Shown here: positions 17,801 through 28,229 of the stretch, one piece after another
How positions within the stretch are numbered: the stretch's first letter is position 1
Layout: each line of letters begins with the position of its first letter
Origin: a virus
Taxonomy: Duplodnaviria > Caudoviricetes
Strand: one strand, 5' to 3'
Virus record (IMG/VR): IMGVR_UViG_3300017721_001026
Coordinates: 1-64,000 of that record
Length of the DNA stretch: 64,000 nucleotides
Translations under genes and position numbers: made by a program
Notes under the pieces: generated by a model
Seen by the model: only the letters and a program-made list of their open reading frames with translations
Told to the model about the DNA's origin: nothing
Database searches by the model: none

Positions 17801-19474
17801 TTAGATCTCACCATTTTTGAGATCTTTTGCACCAATTTCTGGTGCTTCAGTTGCTTGAGTATCTGATTCTATATCGGGTTCCATTACTGGTTTACCCAAA
17901 TCTCCACCTTCAGGTGCAAATGGCATTCCTGTTTGTGGATCAATTGTTGCTGGATCGGGAATAACTCCTGTCTTAATTTCTTTATCGATGAGTTTATTCT
18001 GCTCAATAATTTCCTCATCAGTTTGACGAAGAATTTTTCTTCTTAGATAATCTTGTGAGAAATACTTACCAACATATGGTTCTGCAGTTGCAACCATATT
18101 AAGTCTTTCTGTCATCAACTCAGTTTCTTTGAGTTCTGAGAAGTGATTATCATAGAGGAAGTCATATTGAATATGCTCACTCATTATTTCCCAATCATCA
18201 GGAGTAACAATATTCTTAAGAATAAGTTGAGTCTTCAGCATATCACTGAACATATTTGAGAATCTTTTTCTCAAACGTCCAACAAACTTAGTGAACTTCA
18301 ACTCATCTCTTAAAATTTCAGAAGAACGACCGAGATTGAAACCACTATCACTATCCATTCTTGATGGTGGAACATTGAGTGACTGGTATAGTTTCTTTTT
18401 GAAGTAATCAATATCAGTAATTTCACCAAGGTTTTGACCACCTGGTAAAGTTGTGATCTCAGTACCACGACCTCCTTCACGACGAGGCAACCAGAAATCT
18501 TCAAGCATACTCATATGCTTTTTGTCATCACGAATCTCACCAGTGCTAGAATCATACACTAGTTTGTTACGGTATCTACTCATAACATCACGCAGATATT
18601 GTTCTGCTTTCTGCTTGGGTAGATTACCAACATCAATGTAGAATATTCTACGTTCTGGTGCTCTTGATAGTCTATAGATTACAAGACTATCCTCAATCAT
18701 TCTTAGTTGATTGAGTGATTTAATTGCTTTATGTAGATATGAAAGTGTTGATCCTTTATTTCTATCTACAAGACCAGAAGTGCAATATGAAATAGAATCT
18801 TTTGAAATTTTTACACCCTTAGAATCATTCATTCCACCAGCTGCCTGGTTTGGATATTGAAGTTTTGGAGTGTACATAAAGTACTCTTCTACCTCAGGAA
18901 ACACATAATCCATTGGATCTTCGGTGTTTTTTCTAACCAAAACATTTGGGTTAGAATTATCTTTTTTGGTCTTACGGACATAACGCATTTTCATTGCGTC
19001 AATATAACGTAATTCTTGAATACCTTCTTGAGGTTTTTTTAAATCAATTACCTTATGGTAATAAAGTCTTCCGTCAATATACCAATTCCTATAAATTTCG
19101 TGAGACTTCTTATCAAAATCCAATAAATCTAGAATAGTCTTAAATTCTTCTCTAATTTTTTTCTTAATACCCTCACTAGCATTAAGGTTTGATAGTTCAA
19201 TTTCTACTGGACTATCATTAGTATCGGAAACAATTGCTTCATTAACAATATCTTCAATAGCACTATCTACCTCAGGATGTAGAGACATCTCTCTATATCT
19301 TCTGAGCAAATCAAACTCTGTTCGATATACACCTTCTATATCAACGTAAGATCCAAAAAATCCCGTACTCAAATAGTGGTCAACCCCGTCCTCATTATTT
19401 GGAGGAACGGGGGAGACAACTGACGGTGACTTTGGGTCTGAATCTTCAATTGAAAATCCAAAAAGTCTAGCCAT
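17801..19474 (-). CDS. g20: Portal vertex protein (T4 gp20)
   Basis: WYIDGRLYY, IYRLSRAPERRIFYIDVGNLPK.KAEQY, EDFWLPRREGGRGTEI.TLPGG. Confidence 0.99.
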   Translation of the reverse strand: MARLFGFSIEDSDPKSPSVVSPVPPNNEDGVDHYLSTGFFGSYVDIEGVYRTEFDLLRRYREMSLHPEVDSAIEDIVNEAIVSDTNDSPVEIELSNLNASEGIKKKIREEFKTILDLLDFDKKSHEIYRNWYIDGRLYYHKVIDLKKPQEGIQELRYIDAMKMRYVRKTKKDNSNPNVLVRKNTEDPMDYVFPEVEEYFMYTPKLQYPNQAAGGMNDSKGVKISKDSISYCTSGLVDRNKGSTLSYLHKAIKSLNQLRMIEDSLVIYRLSRAPERRIFYIDVGNLPKQKAEQYLRDVMSRYRNKLVYDSSTGEIRDDKKHMSMLEDFWLPRREGGRGTEITTLPGGQNLGEITDIDYFKKKLYQSLNVPPSRMDSDSGFNLGRSSEILRDELKFTKFVGRLRKRFSNMFSDMLKTQLILKNIVTPDDWEIMSEHIQYDFLYDNHFSELKETELMTERLNMVATAEPYVGKYFSQDYLRRKILRQTDEEIIEQNKLIDKEIKTGVIPDPATIDPQTGMPFAPEGGDLGKPVMEPDIESDTQATEAPEIGAKDLKNGEI

Positions 19475-19496
19475 AATTTAATTGCTAAGTTTTACC

Positions 19497-19503
19497 TATT
19501 TAG
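19497..19503 (-). promoter_or_regulatory. Late promoter-like CTAAATA upstream of g20
   Basis: Minus-strand CTAAATA about 25 nt before the ATG. Confidence 0.65.
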
Positions 19504-19509
19504 TAGATA

Positions 19510-20157
19510 TTACCTGAGGGTTCCAGGACCACCAGCCATTTCAAAGTACTGAACTTGGAATTCTACAGTGAATTCTTCAATGGTATCTGTGGTATCATAG
19601 GAAAGATCAATTGCAGAAACATTTGTTGGGAAAATGTCAATGAAATTGTAAGTTCTTAGAACGGTGCTATCACCACTTCCAGAAGAACCACCACCAGGAC
19701 CAGCAGAATTAACCTTGTCACGAACTTTTGTTCCTTCAAGTCTATCTGATCTACCAAGTTGGTGAACAGTTGCGTTCCTCATATATGAGGTTGGGTTAAC
19801 TGCACCAGTTGCGTTATCAAGTTTGGAAAGTAAGTTCATCCATGCCTCGAAAGCATGTCTGATCTTAAAGTCTTCATCATTGATAACCGTTACAGTCCAG
19901 GTATCGAAGGTGCGGTCTCCCGCAACCTTCAATGATCTACCTCTGAAAGGAATTTCGATTGATGCAATGTTAGATGCAGGAAGTTGAGCTGTTTTGCAGA
20001 AGAATCTGAAATCAACTTTTTCTTCACTTCCCCAGAAAGACTTTACTTCTGCGGGAAAATCATCTAACTGAACTTCAAAGATATTTGGTCTTGCACCACC
20101 ACCAGCAAGTCTGGTTTTAAATGATGAAAGATTTTTGAGGCTTGGGTTGTTTGCCAT
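19510..20157 (-). CDS. g19: Tail tube protein (T4 gp19)
   Basis: GGARPN.FEV, PFRGR.LK.AGDRTF..WTVT..ND..F.IR..FE.W, IEEFTV.F. Confidence 0.97.
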   Translation of the reverse strand: MANNPSLKNLSSFKTRLAGGGARPNIFEVQLDDFPAEVKSFWGSEEKVDFRFFCKTAQLPASNIASIEIPFRGRSLKVAGDRTFDTWTVTVINDEDFKIRHAFEAWMNLLSKLDNATGAVNPTSYMRNATVHQLGRSDRLEGTKVRDKVNSAGPGGGSSGSGDSTVLRTYNFIDIFPTNVSAIDLSYDTTDTIEEFTVEFQVQYFEMAGGPGTLR

Positions 20158-20198
20158 TTTAGTGTACGCTCCCTAATTAAATTTATAAAAAATGAATA

Positions 20199-22361
20199 TC
20201 AAACTCTGCCAGCAACTTCTTCAAAACTAATACCTGTGCGTGTTGCAACAAATGTTAGAGTGACGTAGTTGATTGACTTTGTAGGCTTGAGGAAAATATC
20301 AGCCCTGAATTCATTGTTGTCAATGATATCGGGAGTGTTATTAGATTCATCACAAACAACTAGGAATCCGTAAAGACCTCTCTTTGCTTGGACATCACGT
20401 AGGTATGGTTCGACAATGTTGATGAAGTTTGCTCTTGTGATCTCATCGTTGAGTTCAAAGAGTTGTGCATCACCAGCACTCTTGAGTGCTTGCTCTACTG
20501 TGAGGAATAGACGACGAACATTAATTCTGTCGAATGCTGAGTTATAACCTAGTGCGGTCTTATCACCGAAGAGGATAATACCTGTTCCTGGAGAATTAAT
20601 AATTGAGTTAATTCTCTTAGGATAGAGACGATCTCTCTGTGTTTTGTTTGGGTTATATGCAAGTTTAACTGCATTGTTGATAACACCTCTCTGTTGACCA
20701 GCAGGTGAGAACCAAGGATATGCTTCAATAGAAGTTCTTACACATAGACCAGCAACGTCTGCATTCGTTGGAATGTAACGGAATCTATTGTTAAATCTAT
20801 CGTAAGTGTACTTGTATCCAGTATCAAAGATTGCATAAGAAGAAGATGCAAGTGATGAATAGAAGTTGAGAATGTTAGTTGTCTGAGTTTCTGAATTAGC
20901 AATATCAACAACATCAGTACGATGTGGTGAAATTACAGCAACACAATCTTTTCTACCTTCAGCAATTGCAATGAGTTCCTGTGCTTTTGCTTGGGACTCA
21001 TACTTATTAGTCATACCAGGTCCCATGATTAGGTAATCAACTGGGAATTCCTCTTCATTAGTGAAGAGTCTGTATGATGTAACAAGATCTGAAAGAGATG
21101 CTTGCATTTTATTGGAACCATCTGCATAGTCCTTACCACCTTTTAGTTTATAGGTGATATTACCAACACTTGCAAAAGAAACATCTTGTGCATCCTGACC
21201 CCAAAGTCCTGAAGCAGTTGAAATACCTGCTTTAGTTTGTGCAATTTCTTCGTTGCCACTTCCGTCAGAGACATTATCACCAACGTAGATATACTCTGAG
21301 AAGTCTGCAATATACTGAGAATAGTAGATTTTCTGAGGTGAATTGACTGCAGATACTGCGTCTTTTGCCTTAGAAAGACCAACGTGCTTCTCAAGAAGAT
21401 TTGCTTTGATTCCAGTTACACTACCGTAGTCATCGATGACTGCAATATGCATTTCATCAGATCTACCACTTCTTTCATTAGCATAGTTGCTAGTTCCAGG
21501 TTTTGGTGCGATCTGACTCCAATAAAGGATTCCGTTCTCTAGTGAAATTGTTTGTTGATCATACCAATCTTTGCTTGCACTGACAGTTGCACCAGCACCA
21601 GCACCGATTTGAATCTGACCAGCACTTCCACCAATGTCTGCTGTGGATGGGAAAGATGCTACTTCAGAACCTTCTGCGTAATCTAGTGCGTATGCAGTAG
21701 ATGCAGCAGATACTCTTTGAACAACTTTAACCGTAACATTAGTTCCATCAACTTCAGTAACAACACCTTCTAGTTTTTCACCAGATAGTGATGAAGTTGA
21801 CCCACCAGAAACTAGAACTTCGTTATTATAGAAGTAAGTAACAGCAGCACCAACAGAAACACTAGATGCATCAGATACTGTGAGGACTTGATCTCCTCTA
21901 TCATCAATAAATGCAACCGTAAGTTCATTTGCCCACTCACCAGGAGTCTTAGCGGCAAATGCATAAGCTGCTACTTCGTCGGCATGATTTAAGTTGTAAT
22001 CATCAATATTTTTAATTTTTAGTGATGCATCTCCAGCAGATGAAGTTGTCTGATCAGCAGCAATTGCTGCGTTAGCATTGACTAGATTGCTTCCATCTGT
22101 TCTTGCTACCTTAAGGACTCCACCATAAGAAAGGAAGGAAGATGCTGACATCCAGTACTCATACTGAGAGTCGGTAGATAGTGGTTTACCAAAACTCTCG
22201 ATAAGTTGTTGTTCAGTTGAAATGTCAATTGGGTAATCGATTGGACCGATTGCAAATGGTGCGGCAATAGCACCAATATTATCTAAAACATTATCAGCTC
22301 TTCCAACAGTTAAGTCAACCTCTCGGATTAATACTCCTGGAGATAATTGAGGAGTCGCCAT
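20199..22361 (-). CDS. g18: Tail sheath protein (T4 gp18)
   Basis: SPGV..RE.DLT, PWFSPAG..RG, FDRINVRRLF, IFLKPTKSIN...LTFVATRTG. Confidence 0.98.
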   Translation of the reverse strand: MATPQLSPGVLIREVDLTVGRADNVLDNIGAIAAPFAIGPIDYPIDISTEQQLIESFGKPLSTDSQYEYWMSASSFLSYGGVLKVARTDGSNLVNANAAIAADQTTSSAGDASLKIKNIDDYNLNHADEVAAYAFAAKTPGEWANELTVAFIDDRGDQVLTVSDASSVSVGAAVTYFYNNEVLVSGGSTSSLSGEKLEGVVTEVDGTNVTVKVVQRVSAASTAYALDYAEGSEVASFPSTADIGGSAGQIQIGAGAGATVSASKDWYDQQTISLENGILYWSQIAPKPGTSNYANERSGRSDEMHIAVIDDYGSVTGIKANLLEKHVGLSKAKDAVSAVNSPQKIYYSQYIADFSEYIYVGDNVSDGSGNEEIAQTKAGISTASGLWGQDAQDVSFASVGNITYKLKGGKDYADGSNKMQASLSDLVTSYRLFTNEEEFPVDYLIMGPGMTNKYESQAKAQELIAIAEGRKDCVAVISPHRTDVVDIANSETQTTNILNFYSSLASSSYAIFDTGYKYTYDRFNNRFRYIPTNADVAGLCVRTSIEAYPWFSPAGQQRGVINNAVKLAYNPNKTQRDRLYPKRINSIINSPGTGIILFGDKTALGYNSAFDRINVRRLFLTVEQALKSAGDAQLFELNDEITRANFINIVEPYLRDVQAKRGLYGFLVVCDESNNTPDIIDNNEFRADIFLKPTKSINYVTLTFVATRTGISFEEVAGRV

Positions 22362-22395
22362 GTTTTTCTCCGTGTGATTCAGTTTATCTAAAAAA

Positions 22396-22402
22396 TATTT
22401 AT
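22396..22402 (-). promoter_or_regulatory. Late promoter-like ATAAATA upstream of g18
   Basis: Minus-strand AATAAATA in the intergenic region. Confidence 0.65.
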
Positions 22403-22439
22403 TAAAATGCTACTTTTCATGTGGGAAACTGGACGTGAA

Positions 22440-22661
22440 CTACCAATCTGGATATTCCCATCGATTATCACAATTCTTATTACTCAAAATTCTTTTTATC
22501 GTACACGACTTACATTCATATGAATATGAAGATGCTACTGGTCCTCTATCCTTACGAGTTCTATAAAATTCACTAACCAAATTTTTAGATTGTCCACATA
22601 CTCTACATTCTCTATCATATAATAACAGATGCCCTAGTTTTATTTGCTCATCAAAATCCAT
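22440..22661 (-). CDS. Small zinc-finger-like protein between g17 and g18
   Basis: CRVC...EFY...YECKSC; coupled to the g17 stop. Confidence 0.75.
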   Translation of the reverse strand: MDFDEQIKLGHLLLYDRECRVCGQSKNLVSEFYRTRKDRGPVASSYSYECKSCTIKRILSNKNCDNRWEYPDW

Positions 22662-24313
22662 TAATTATAATCCCACATATATGACATATCACCATATTCA
22701 CCAACCGATGCATTAGACCATCGATCACCCTGAGCATCAACAAAACTAGTATCTTCTAATCCATCATTCAAGAATCCAAATGGTGCCATATCTTGTTCTA
22801 TCTGATTTTTTTGATCTTCATATAATCTTTTTCTCACATCTTGATCGGTAAGTTCCTTAAAGTAGTCTTGTGCTACTAACCATGCATAGATGACAAGACA
22901 CATTGCAAGGTCATCATTACAACCCTCTTCTGCCTCAAATGAATTATGTTTTGAAATAAAAGTTGTTAGTTCCGCAATAATCTCATAGTCATTGAAAATT
23001 AATTTGTCTTCTTCAATTAGTGCTTTAAGGTTAAGTGATCCAACTTTCTTTACAGTCTTGGACATCTTAACACCCAACTGTGTTTTTTTACCAGAGAATC
23101 CTTGACCCACAATCTGACCAGCACGTCCTCTCATAGAACACATAAGAACATTTTGATATTCTAGATCATATTGTAAAATAGATGCTACTTGATCACCAAC
23201 ATCATTTACCTCACATAAAATATATGCACCATTATAATTTCTTGCCACTTCATAGATGATACTGGGGAACAGCATCGGTTTGATCTCATTATTCCGATAC
23301 TTCGCCACAATCCTATGAGGAAACTCTGTAATGTCTGCAACAACAAATGCAGAGTAGTCATTACCAACTCCTCGGGCAACGTCTACCGTCATTACATAAT
23401 CATGGTTTTCTTTTGCTGGTTCATAGACATCCAAACCTGCGTTTTTATGCATTGGTGAATCATACACCAACGTTCTCAGTTTACTTGGAGCAATGAGTGT
23501 ATCAACAGATCCTAAGAACTCGCACTCAAACTCAACCTTAAATTGTGCTTCTGATGTATTGGCAATGGTTTGTTCTTTCCACTTAGAATCTCTTCCAGGA
23601 ACTTCAGACCAGTGAACATCTGTATGAATATACTCATTCTTCCCTCTTTCGGCATCATGCCACAAACGGTAGAAATGATTCATACCATGTGGAGTAGATA
23701 CAATAATTACCTTGGTACTTTTACCAGAAGTAATAGTAGGATAAACAGAGGCAAAGAACGAGTCAGCAACATGGTTCGGGACGAATGCGAACTCGTCGAG
23801 AAAGAGGATGTTAAAAGACATACCTCGGACAGCACTCGCAGACGTAGATGCTGCCAGTATTTTACTCCCATTCTCTAACTCCAAACTACCTTTGTTCCAG
23901 GATATAATACCCTGTTGCATCCACCGTGGCAAGTTCTCATAAGCAGTTTGTAACCTATCGAGAAGTTCTCGGGCAGTTGCTGCTTTGTTTGCCAGGATAC
24001 CAATATTTACACTGTCATTAAATACCGCATAATGAAGTAGATAAGACACACACGTCGTAGACTTACCAGTCTGTCGTGGCATCTTACAAATGTTAAATCG
24101 ATTCTCATGAAATCTATTAACTAACTTTTCCTGAAAGTCATACAACTTGAATGGTTGAAGACCATGATCAAGTGTTACGATCTTTACATAATTTTTTGCA
24201 AAATATACGGGATCTTCTTTACACTTAATGAACTCCTCAATCTGTTCTTTCGTGAACTCTTGAGGTGTATTTGCTTTTTTTAGATTAGGATTACCAAGAT
24301 ATACGTCACTCAT
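22661..24313 (-). CDS. g17: Terminase large subunit (T4 gp17)
   Basis: YLGNPNLK, PRQTGKST, LDEFAF, STP.G.NHFY, DVARG...DYSAF, DDL.M. Confidence 0.99.
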   Translation of the reverse strand: MSDVYLGNPNLKKANTPQEFTKEQIEEFIKCKEDPVYFAKNYVKIVTLDHGLQPFKLYDFQEKLVNRFHENRFNICKMPRQTGKSTTCVSYLLHYAVFNDSVNIGILANKAATARELLDRLQTAYENLPRWMQQGIISWNKGSLELENGSKILAASTSASAVRGMSFNILFLDEFAFVPNHVADSFFASVYPTITSGKSTKVIIVSTPHGMNHFYRLWHDAERGKNEYIHTDVHWSEVPGRDSKWKEQTIANTSEAQFKVEFECEFLGSVDTLIAPSKLRTLVYDSPMHKNAGLDVYEPAKENHDYVMTVDVARGVGNDYSAFVVADITEFPHRIVAKYRNNEIKPMLFPSIIYEVARNYNGAYILCEVNDVGDQVASILQYDLEYQNVLMCSMRGRAGQIVGQGFSGKKTQLGVKMSKTVKKVGSLNLKALIEEDKLIFNDYEIIAELTTFISKHNSFEAEEGCNDDLAMCLVIYAWLVAQDYFKELTDQDVRKRLYEDQKNQIEQDMAPFGFLNDGLEDTSFVDAQGDRWSNASVGEYGDMSYMWDYN

Positions 24314-24322
24314 ACACTAACC

Positions 24323-25708
24323 TCAACAATTCCAAGCTCTTAATGATTTGTTTATTCTGCTATCTGGATCTCTAGCAGTCTTGGCAGAAGTTAGTTTTGC
24401 CTTCATACCTTTCATTCTTGCACAGAATGATGCTCTTCTCTTATTACCCTTCTTCTTAGAAGGTGCTTTCAGATCAGAACCAGGATTCTCTCTTTCATAA
24501 GACTTACGTCCTTTTTCATTGAGACCACCTTCTTTATTCTTACCAGACTTCTTGGTCCATGCAGCACCTTCAGAAACTTGAAGGAATTGCTCACCAGGTT
24601 TAACATCTGCAATTTCCATATATCTTACTCTACCACCAGGATAGACCTTTTGGACTTCAAGTTCAACTTCCTGTCTGGTAGGTCTCTTTGCTTGTGGGAA
24701 GAACATCTTGATGGAATATCCTTTACCTCTCCATGTAACCATGACGGATAAAATGTTACCAGTTTTTGCAGGAACTCTTACTGCCTCTTCAATTGCTACA
24801 CCTTCACATTCACAGGGATCACAACTGCAGTATGGACAAACCTCTTTTGGTTCCACTTCTTCTTTTCTTGTCTTTTTTTTCTTAACACAGTTTGGATATC
24901 TCTTTCCAAACATAGTCTTCATACCCTTCTTCTCATAACCTTTCCAACATGCTTCACCAATCTCTGTTTCTTCCTTCTTTGTGCTATTGCCCCAATTAGC
25001 AGCACCTTTCTTACGACACTTAACTAATGCACCTGATGCATATGCAGAAGGCCATACGGAATAACGAGACTTGACCTTATGATAGCAAGCATCTTTTGTG
25101 CCACTACCCTTTCCTTTTTTATCTTTTCCTTCTGTCATTGCTTCAATATCATAAGTTTCATAACTCTCAATATCGGGTGCGTTTGATTTCATTGGTTCCT
25201 TCTCGATGATGTCGTTAATTACTGCGAATGGTTCACCGTATGCATCAGTAATTTCTACTTCTTCTTTTTTATCTGTTGCAACATAAGTTGGTTTAGCAGC
25301 ACCTGATTTACTCTGTTGACCAGGATCTGCTGCCTTCTTTCTTCTAGCAGCAGAAAGTCTTTCTTTCTTGCTCATACTAGAACGTTTTGATGAAGAAACA
25401 CACTTTGGAGTTCCTTCACCTGGTTTATCACTAGCACATGTGCCACCAGTGACTACATTGACCCAACCACCTTTACCATCTTTAGACTTGGATCCTTTAA
25501 ACCACTTACGAAGACTTCCCTCACTCATCCCGCCACCACTTTCACCACCATTACCTTCAGAAGACTCACCATTTCCATTATTTTTATCAGTCTCTTCATC
25601 ATCTTTTTCAATCACTCCACCACGACCCACATGCCAACCGACAGGAATTTTCTTACATTTCTTATCAGTATAACACCAGTAATATCCTGGTTTGCAGGTC
25701 TTTGCCAT
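24323..25708 (-). CDS. Modular Lys/Cys-rich hypothetical protein (DUF5872- and DUF6321-like modules), probably an internal head protein
   Basis: Basic modules (WPSAYASG.LVK; GGLN.KGR...RRASFCARM...SLR.W.C) separated by acidic linkers; CTAAATA late box at 25731-25737. Confidence 0.75.
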   Translation of the reverse strand: MAKTCKPGYYWCYTDKKCKKIPVGWHVGRGGVIEKDDEETDKNNGNGESSEGNGGESGGGMSEGSLRKWFKGSKSKDGKGGWVNVVTGGTCASDKPGEGTPKCVSSSKRSSMSKKERLSAARRKKAADPGQQSKSGAAKPTYVATDKKEEVEITDAYGEPFAVINDIIEKEPMKSNAPDIESYETYDIEAMTEGKDKKGKGSGTKDACYHKVKSRYSVWPSAYASGALVKCRKKGAANWGNSTKKEETEIGEACWKGYEKKGMKTMFGKRYPNCVKKKKTRKEEVEPKEVCPYCSCDPCECEGVAIEEAVRVPAKTGNILSVMVTWRGKGYSIKMFFPQAKRPTRQEVELEVQKVYPGGRVRYMEIADVKPGEQFLQVSEGAAWTKKSGKNKEGGLNEKGRKSYERENPGSDLKAPSKKKGNKRRASFCARMKGMKAKLTSAKTARDPDSRINKSLRAWNC

Positions 25709-25733
25709 GATTTATATGACTTAGTGAAATTAT

Positions 25734-27872
25734 TTAGTCTAGTTTTGCTTTAAGTTCATCAATCTGACGTTGCTGATCTTTTACTGCTTCAATTAAGAGA
25801 GCAACAATATTTTGATAAGCAACTGACTTGACACCATCAACACCTTCATATACAACTTGAGGAATAATTTGCTCAACTTCTTGTGCAATTAAACCTAAGC
25901 AATGATCCCCAGTATTTTTATGATCATATTCAACACCACGTAAACCTGTTACTTTGTGAAGTGCATCTGTAATTGTCTCAATATTTTTCTTAAGTCTTTC
26001 GTCAGAGTTTGCAGTAACTGTGCCAGCACAAGTTAGGTTAGTTCCATTGAACTGTAAGTTTGCTGATGTGGTTGCAACGTTGTTATTATCTTTGAATAAA
26101 ACTTGGTTTGCATCACCAATATCATTTACATCAGTACCACCTTCAACATTAACAGTACCAATACCACTAGCAATGTCAATCGTTACTTGACCAGCACCAG
26201 GACCTCTAAAGTCCAGAGTAGTTGCACCACTACCAACATATCCACCTGCAGTAGCAAGACCAACACCAGTAATAATGTTACTTAGGTTAGATCCATCACC
26301 AACGAATGAATTTGCAGTGACAATGCCAAGGAAGTTGGCATTTTGCATTGATAAGATATCACCATTGGTATCAATATCACATCCTTTGATTAGATTGATA
26401 GTTGCAATACCAACTTCATTACCTAGAGGCATATTCAGGTTGGTTATATTAGTATAAACCGCCTGACTCATAATACCAGAAACTGGATTAATGTGGAATG
26501 CAAGAGGATCAAGTCTTATAACACCATGATCTGTATATGATGCAAACTGATGCTTGTCACTTGTGATACCAGTTACTCTACCGTATCCATCAGTTATAAT
26601 ATCAGTGACAAAGAATTTCTCAGTTGTTGTATCACTGAATGTTTCTGATGTGCTTACTGTAGCAAGGTCAATATCATCCTCATTGACACGAATACGATCA
26701 GAACTTGCAGTACCAACATTAATAACAGATCCCTCTTTATACAGACCATCACCTGCTTCTACCTGACCTGCAGCAGAGAACTGGGTAAATCTGATTGTAG
26801 AGAAACCAACATATGATGAACCATCAAAAGTAAAGTCTGGATCAACATTAATAAGAACGAAACCATTAGCACCATTTTCAGTACCATTCGTTACGAAGGA
26901 GAAAGCACCTTCAATAATTTCATCGGGTTGATCGAAGTCTTGTGCTCTTTCGAGAATAAATGGAGTTGACGCACTACCAGTTGAAATTGCAACATAAAAT
27001 CCATTATGTGCTTCATTAGTTTGATCTTTAACTAGAATTCTATCACCATCTTCAACTTCATATTGATCTATGATCAATTGTCCGTTTGCGTTTGCTGATA
27101 ATCGAGCACCACTACCTAATAGACTATTACCAATTCCTGCTGTAGGTCCATCAGTATATGATGCATTAAGATCTTGAGTAGAACCAACTGCTACAGCCTG
27201 CTGAACAACAAGTGATGCTGTCGCAAAAAGGTCAACATATTCTTTACTGGCAAGTTCGTTTGGAGCAGAAGGTGATTTATCTGAGACAAATACTTTCTCA
27301 ACATTCATCTCACTAGTAACACCTATGCTACCAGTAACAAAGAGTGTTTCTGATCCAAATACAGTTGCACCAACTCCAACTTTATCTAAAGTACTATTAA
27401 ATACTAGTCCAGTAGCACCACCAAAACTACCATTATCGTTAAATTGAACCATGGTGTTATCACCAGATGGATCAAAAGGATCTACTGTTACTGTTGCAAT
27501 ACCTTGGAATGCGGTTGCTTCAATACTTTGACCAACAAAGTTTATTACTTGAACACTACCAGCACTACCAACCGTTACACCTTCTTCTTGAACAGTAATA
27601 CCACCAAAGGTAATTTCTGGTGTTCCCCAAACGACAGAAGAACCAGTAGAGATTAGAGTTAGACCTTGAGTTCCTGGACTATTGGTATAGTCATATAATT
27701 CATTATGCAATTGCATATCACCGTTAACGGTAAGTTGATATGCAGCTGCAGTTGTGCCAAATCCAACTCGTCCTTCTGTTACTTCAAGAACTGTGTCATT
27801 TGCAGAAAAATCTTTTATTCCCAGAGATAAAGATGTTTCTCTACCTGAAAAAAACCTTTTACGTGCTTGCAT
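25734..27872 (-). CDS. Tail fibre/spike-like protein with C-terminal peptidase S74 intramolecular chaperone
   Basis: C-terminal SDERLKKNI...GLIAQEVE...P.VV...V.Y...ALLIEAVK; GDRILVKDQT....NG.Y module. Confidence 0.85.
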   Translation of the reverse strand: MQARKRFFSGRETSLSLGIKDFSANDTVLEVTEGRVGFGTTAAAYQLTVNGDMQLHNELYDYTNSPGTQGLTLISTGSSVVWGTPEITFGGITVQEEGVTVGSAGSVQVINFVGQSIEATAFQGIATVTVDPFDPSGDNTMVQFNDNGSFGGATGLVFNSTLDKVGVGATVFGSETLFVTGSIGVTSEMNVEKVFVSDKSPSAPNELASKEYVDLFATASLVVQQAVAVGSTQDLNASYTDGPTAGIGNSLLGSGARLSANANGQLIIDQYEVEDGDRILVKDQTNEAHNGFYVAISTGSASTPFILERAQDFDQPDEIIEGAFSFVTNGTENGANGFVLINVDPDFTFDGSSYVGFSTIRFTQFSAAGQVEAGDGLYKEGSVINVGTASSDRIRVNEDDIDLATVSTSETFSDTTTEKFFVTDIITDGYGRVTGITSDKHQFASYTDHGVIRLDPLAFHINPVSGIMSQAVYTNITNLNMPLGNEVGIATINLIKGCDIDTNGDILSMQNANFLGIVTANSFVGDGSNLSNIITGVGLATAGGYVGSGATTLDFRGPGAGQVTIDIASGIGTVNVEGGTDVNDIGDANQVLFKDNNNVATTSANLQFNGTNLTCAGTVTANSDERLKKNIETITDALHKVTGLRGVEYDHKNTGDHCLGLIAQEVEQIIPQVVYEGVDGVKSVAYQNIVALLIEAVKDQQRQIDELKAKLD

Positions 27873-27887
27873 TGATTTATTACCGTA

Positions 27888-28226
27888 TTAGAAGTTGGAT
27901 GTCTCCAGTACAGATGCTACTAATTTAAGCACACCTGATGCATTACCAGTGATTGCTAATTTATCACCAGTTTGTAATACAAGTTTACCATTAAGTAAAC
28001 TCAAACTGTCTTTAGCAGCAACTGGATAATCTATCAAGAGTGCTGTTTCAGTAGATTCTCTTTTATGATAAAGACTTACTGTTTTTGTTGATGGATCAGT
28101 GTTAGTTACCTGAACTAGTAGGAACACTGATGTGTAACCAGTAGGTGCAGTATAAATTTCTTCTGCTGCACCTGTACTGACTGTATGTATGACTGTTCTG
28201 AAGTTGTTAACTGCAACTGCTGCCAT
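27888..28226 (-). CDS. Small virion-associated hypothetical protein
   Basis: IYTAP.G...........N, KLVL..GD.L, S.LE motifs typical of small proteins that follow fibre genes. Confidence 0.75.
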   Translation of the reverse strand: MAAVAVNNFRTVIHTVSTGAAEEIYTAPTGYTSVFLLVQVTNTDPSTKTVSLYHKRESTETALLIDYPVAAKDSLSLLNGKLVLQTGDKLAITGNASGVLKLVASVLETSNF

Positions 28227-28229
28227 GAT

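Noticed and set aside
22661-24313. Inteins or group I introns in g17, g20, g23, g46 or uvsW
   Set aside because: All are uninterrupted, of ordinary length, and lack intein splice motifs
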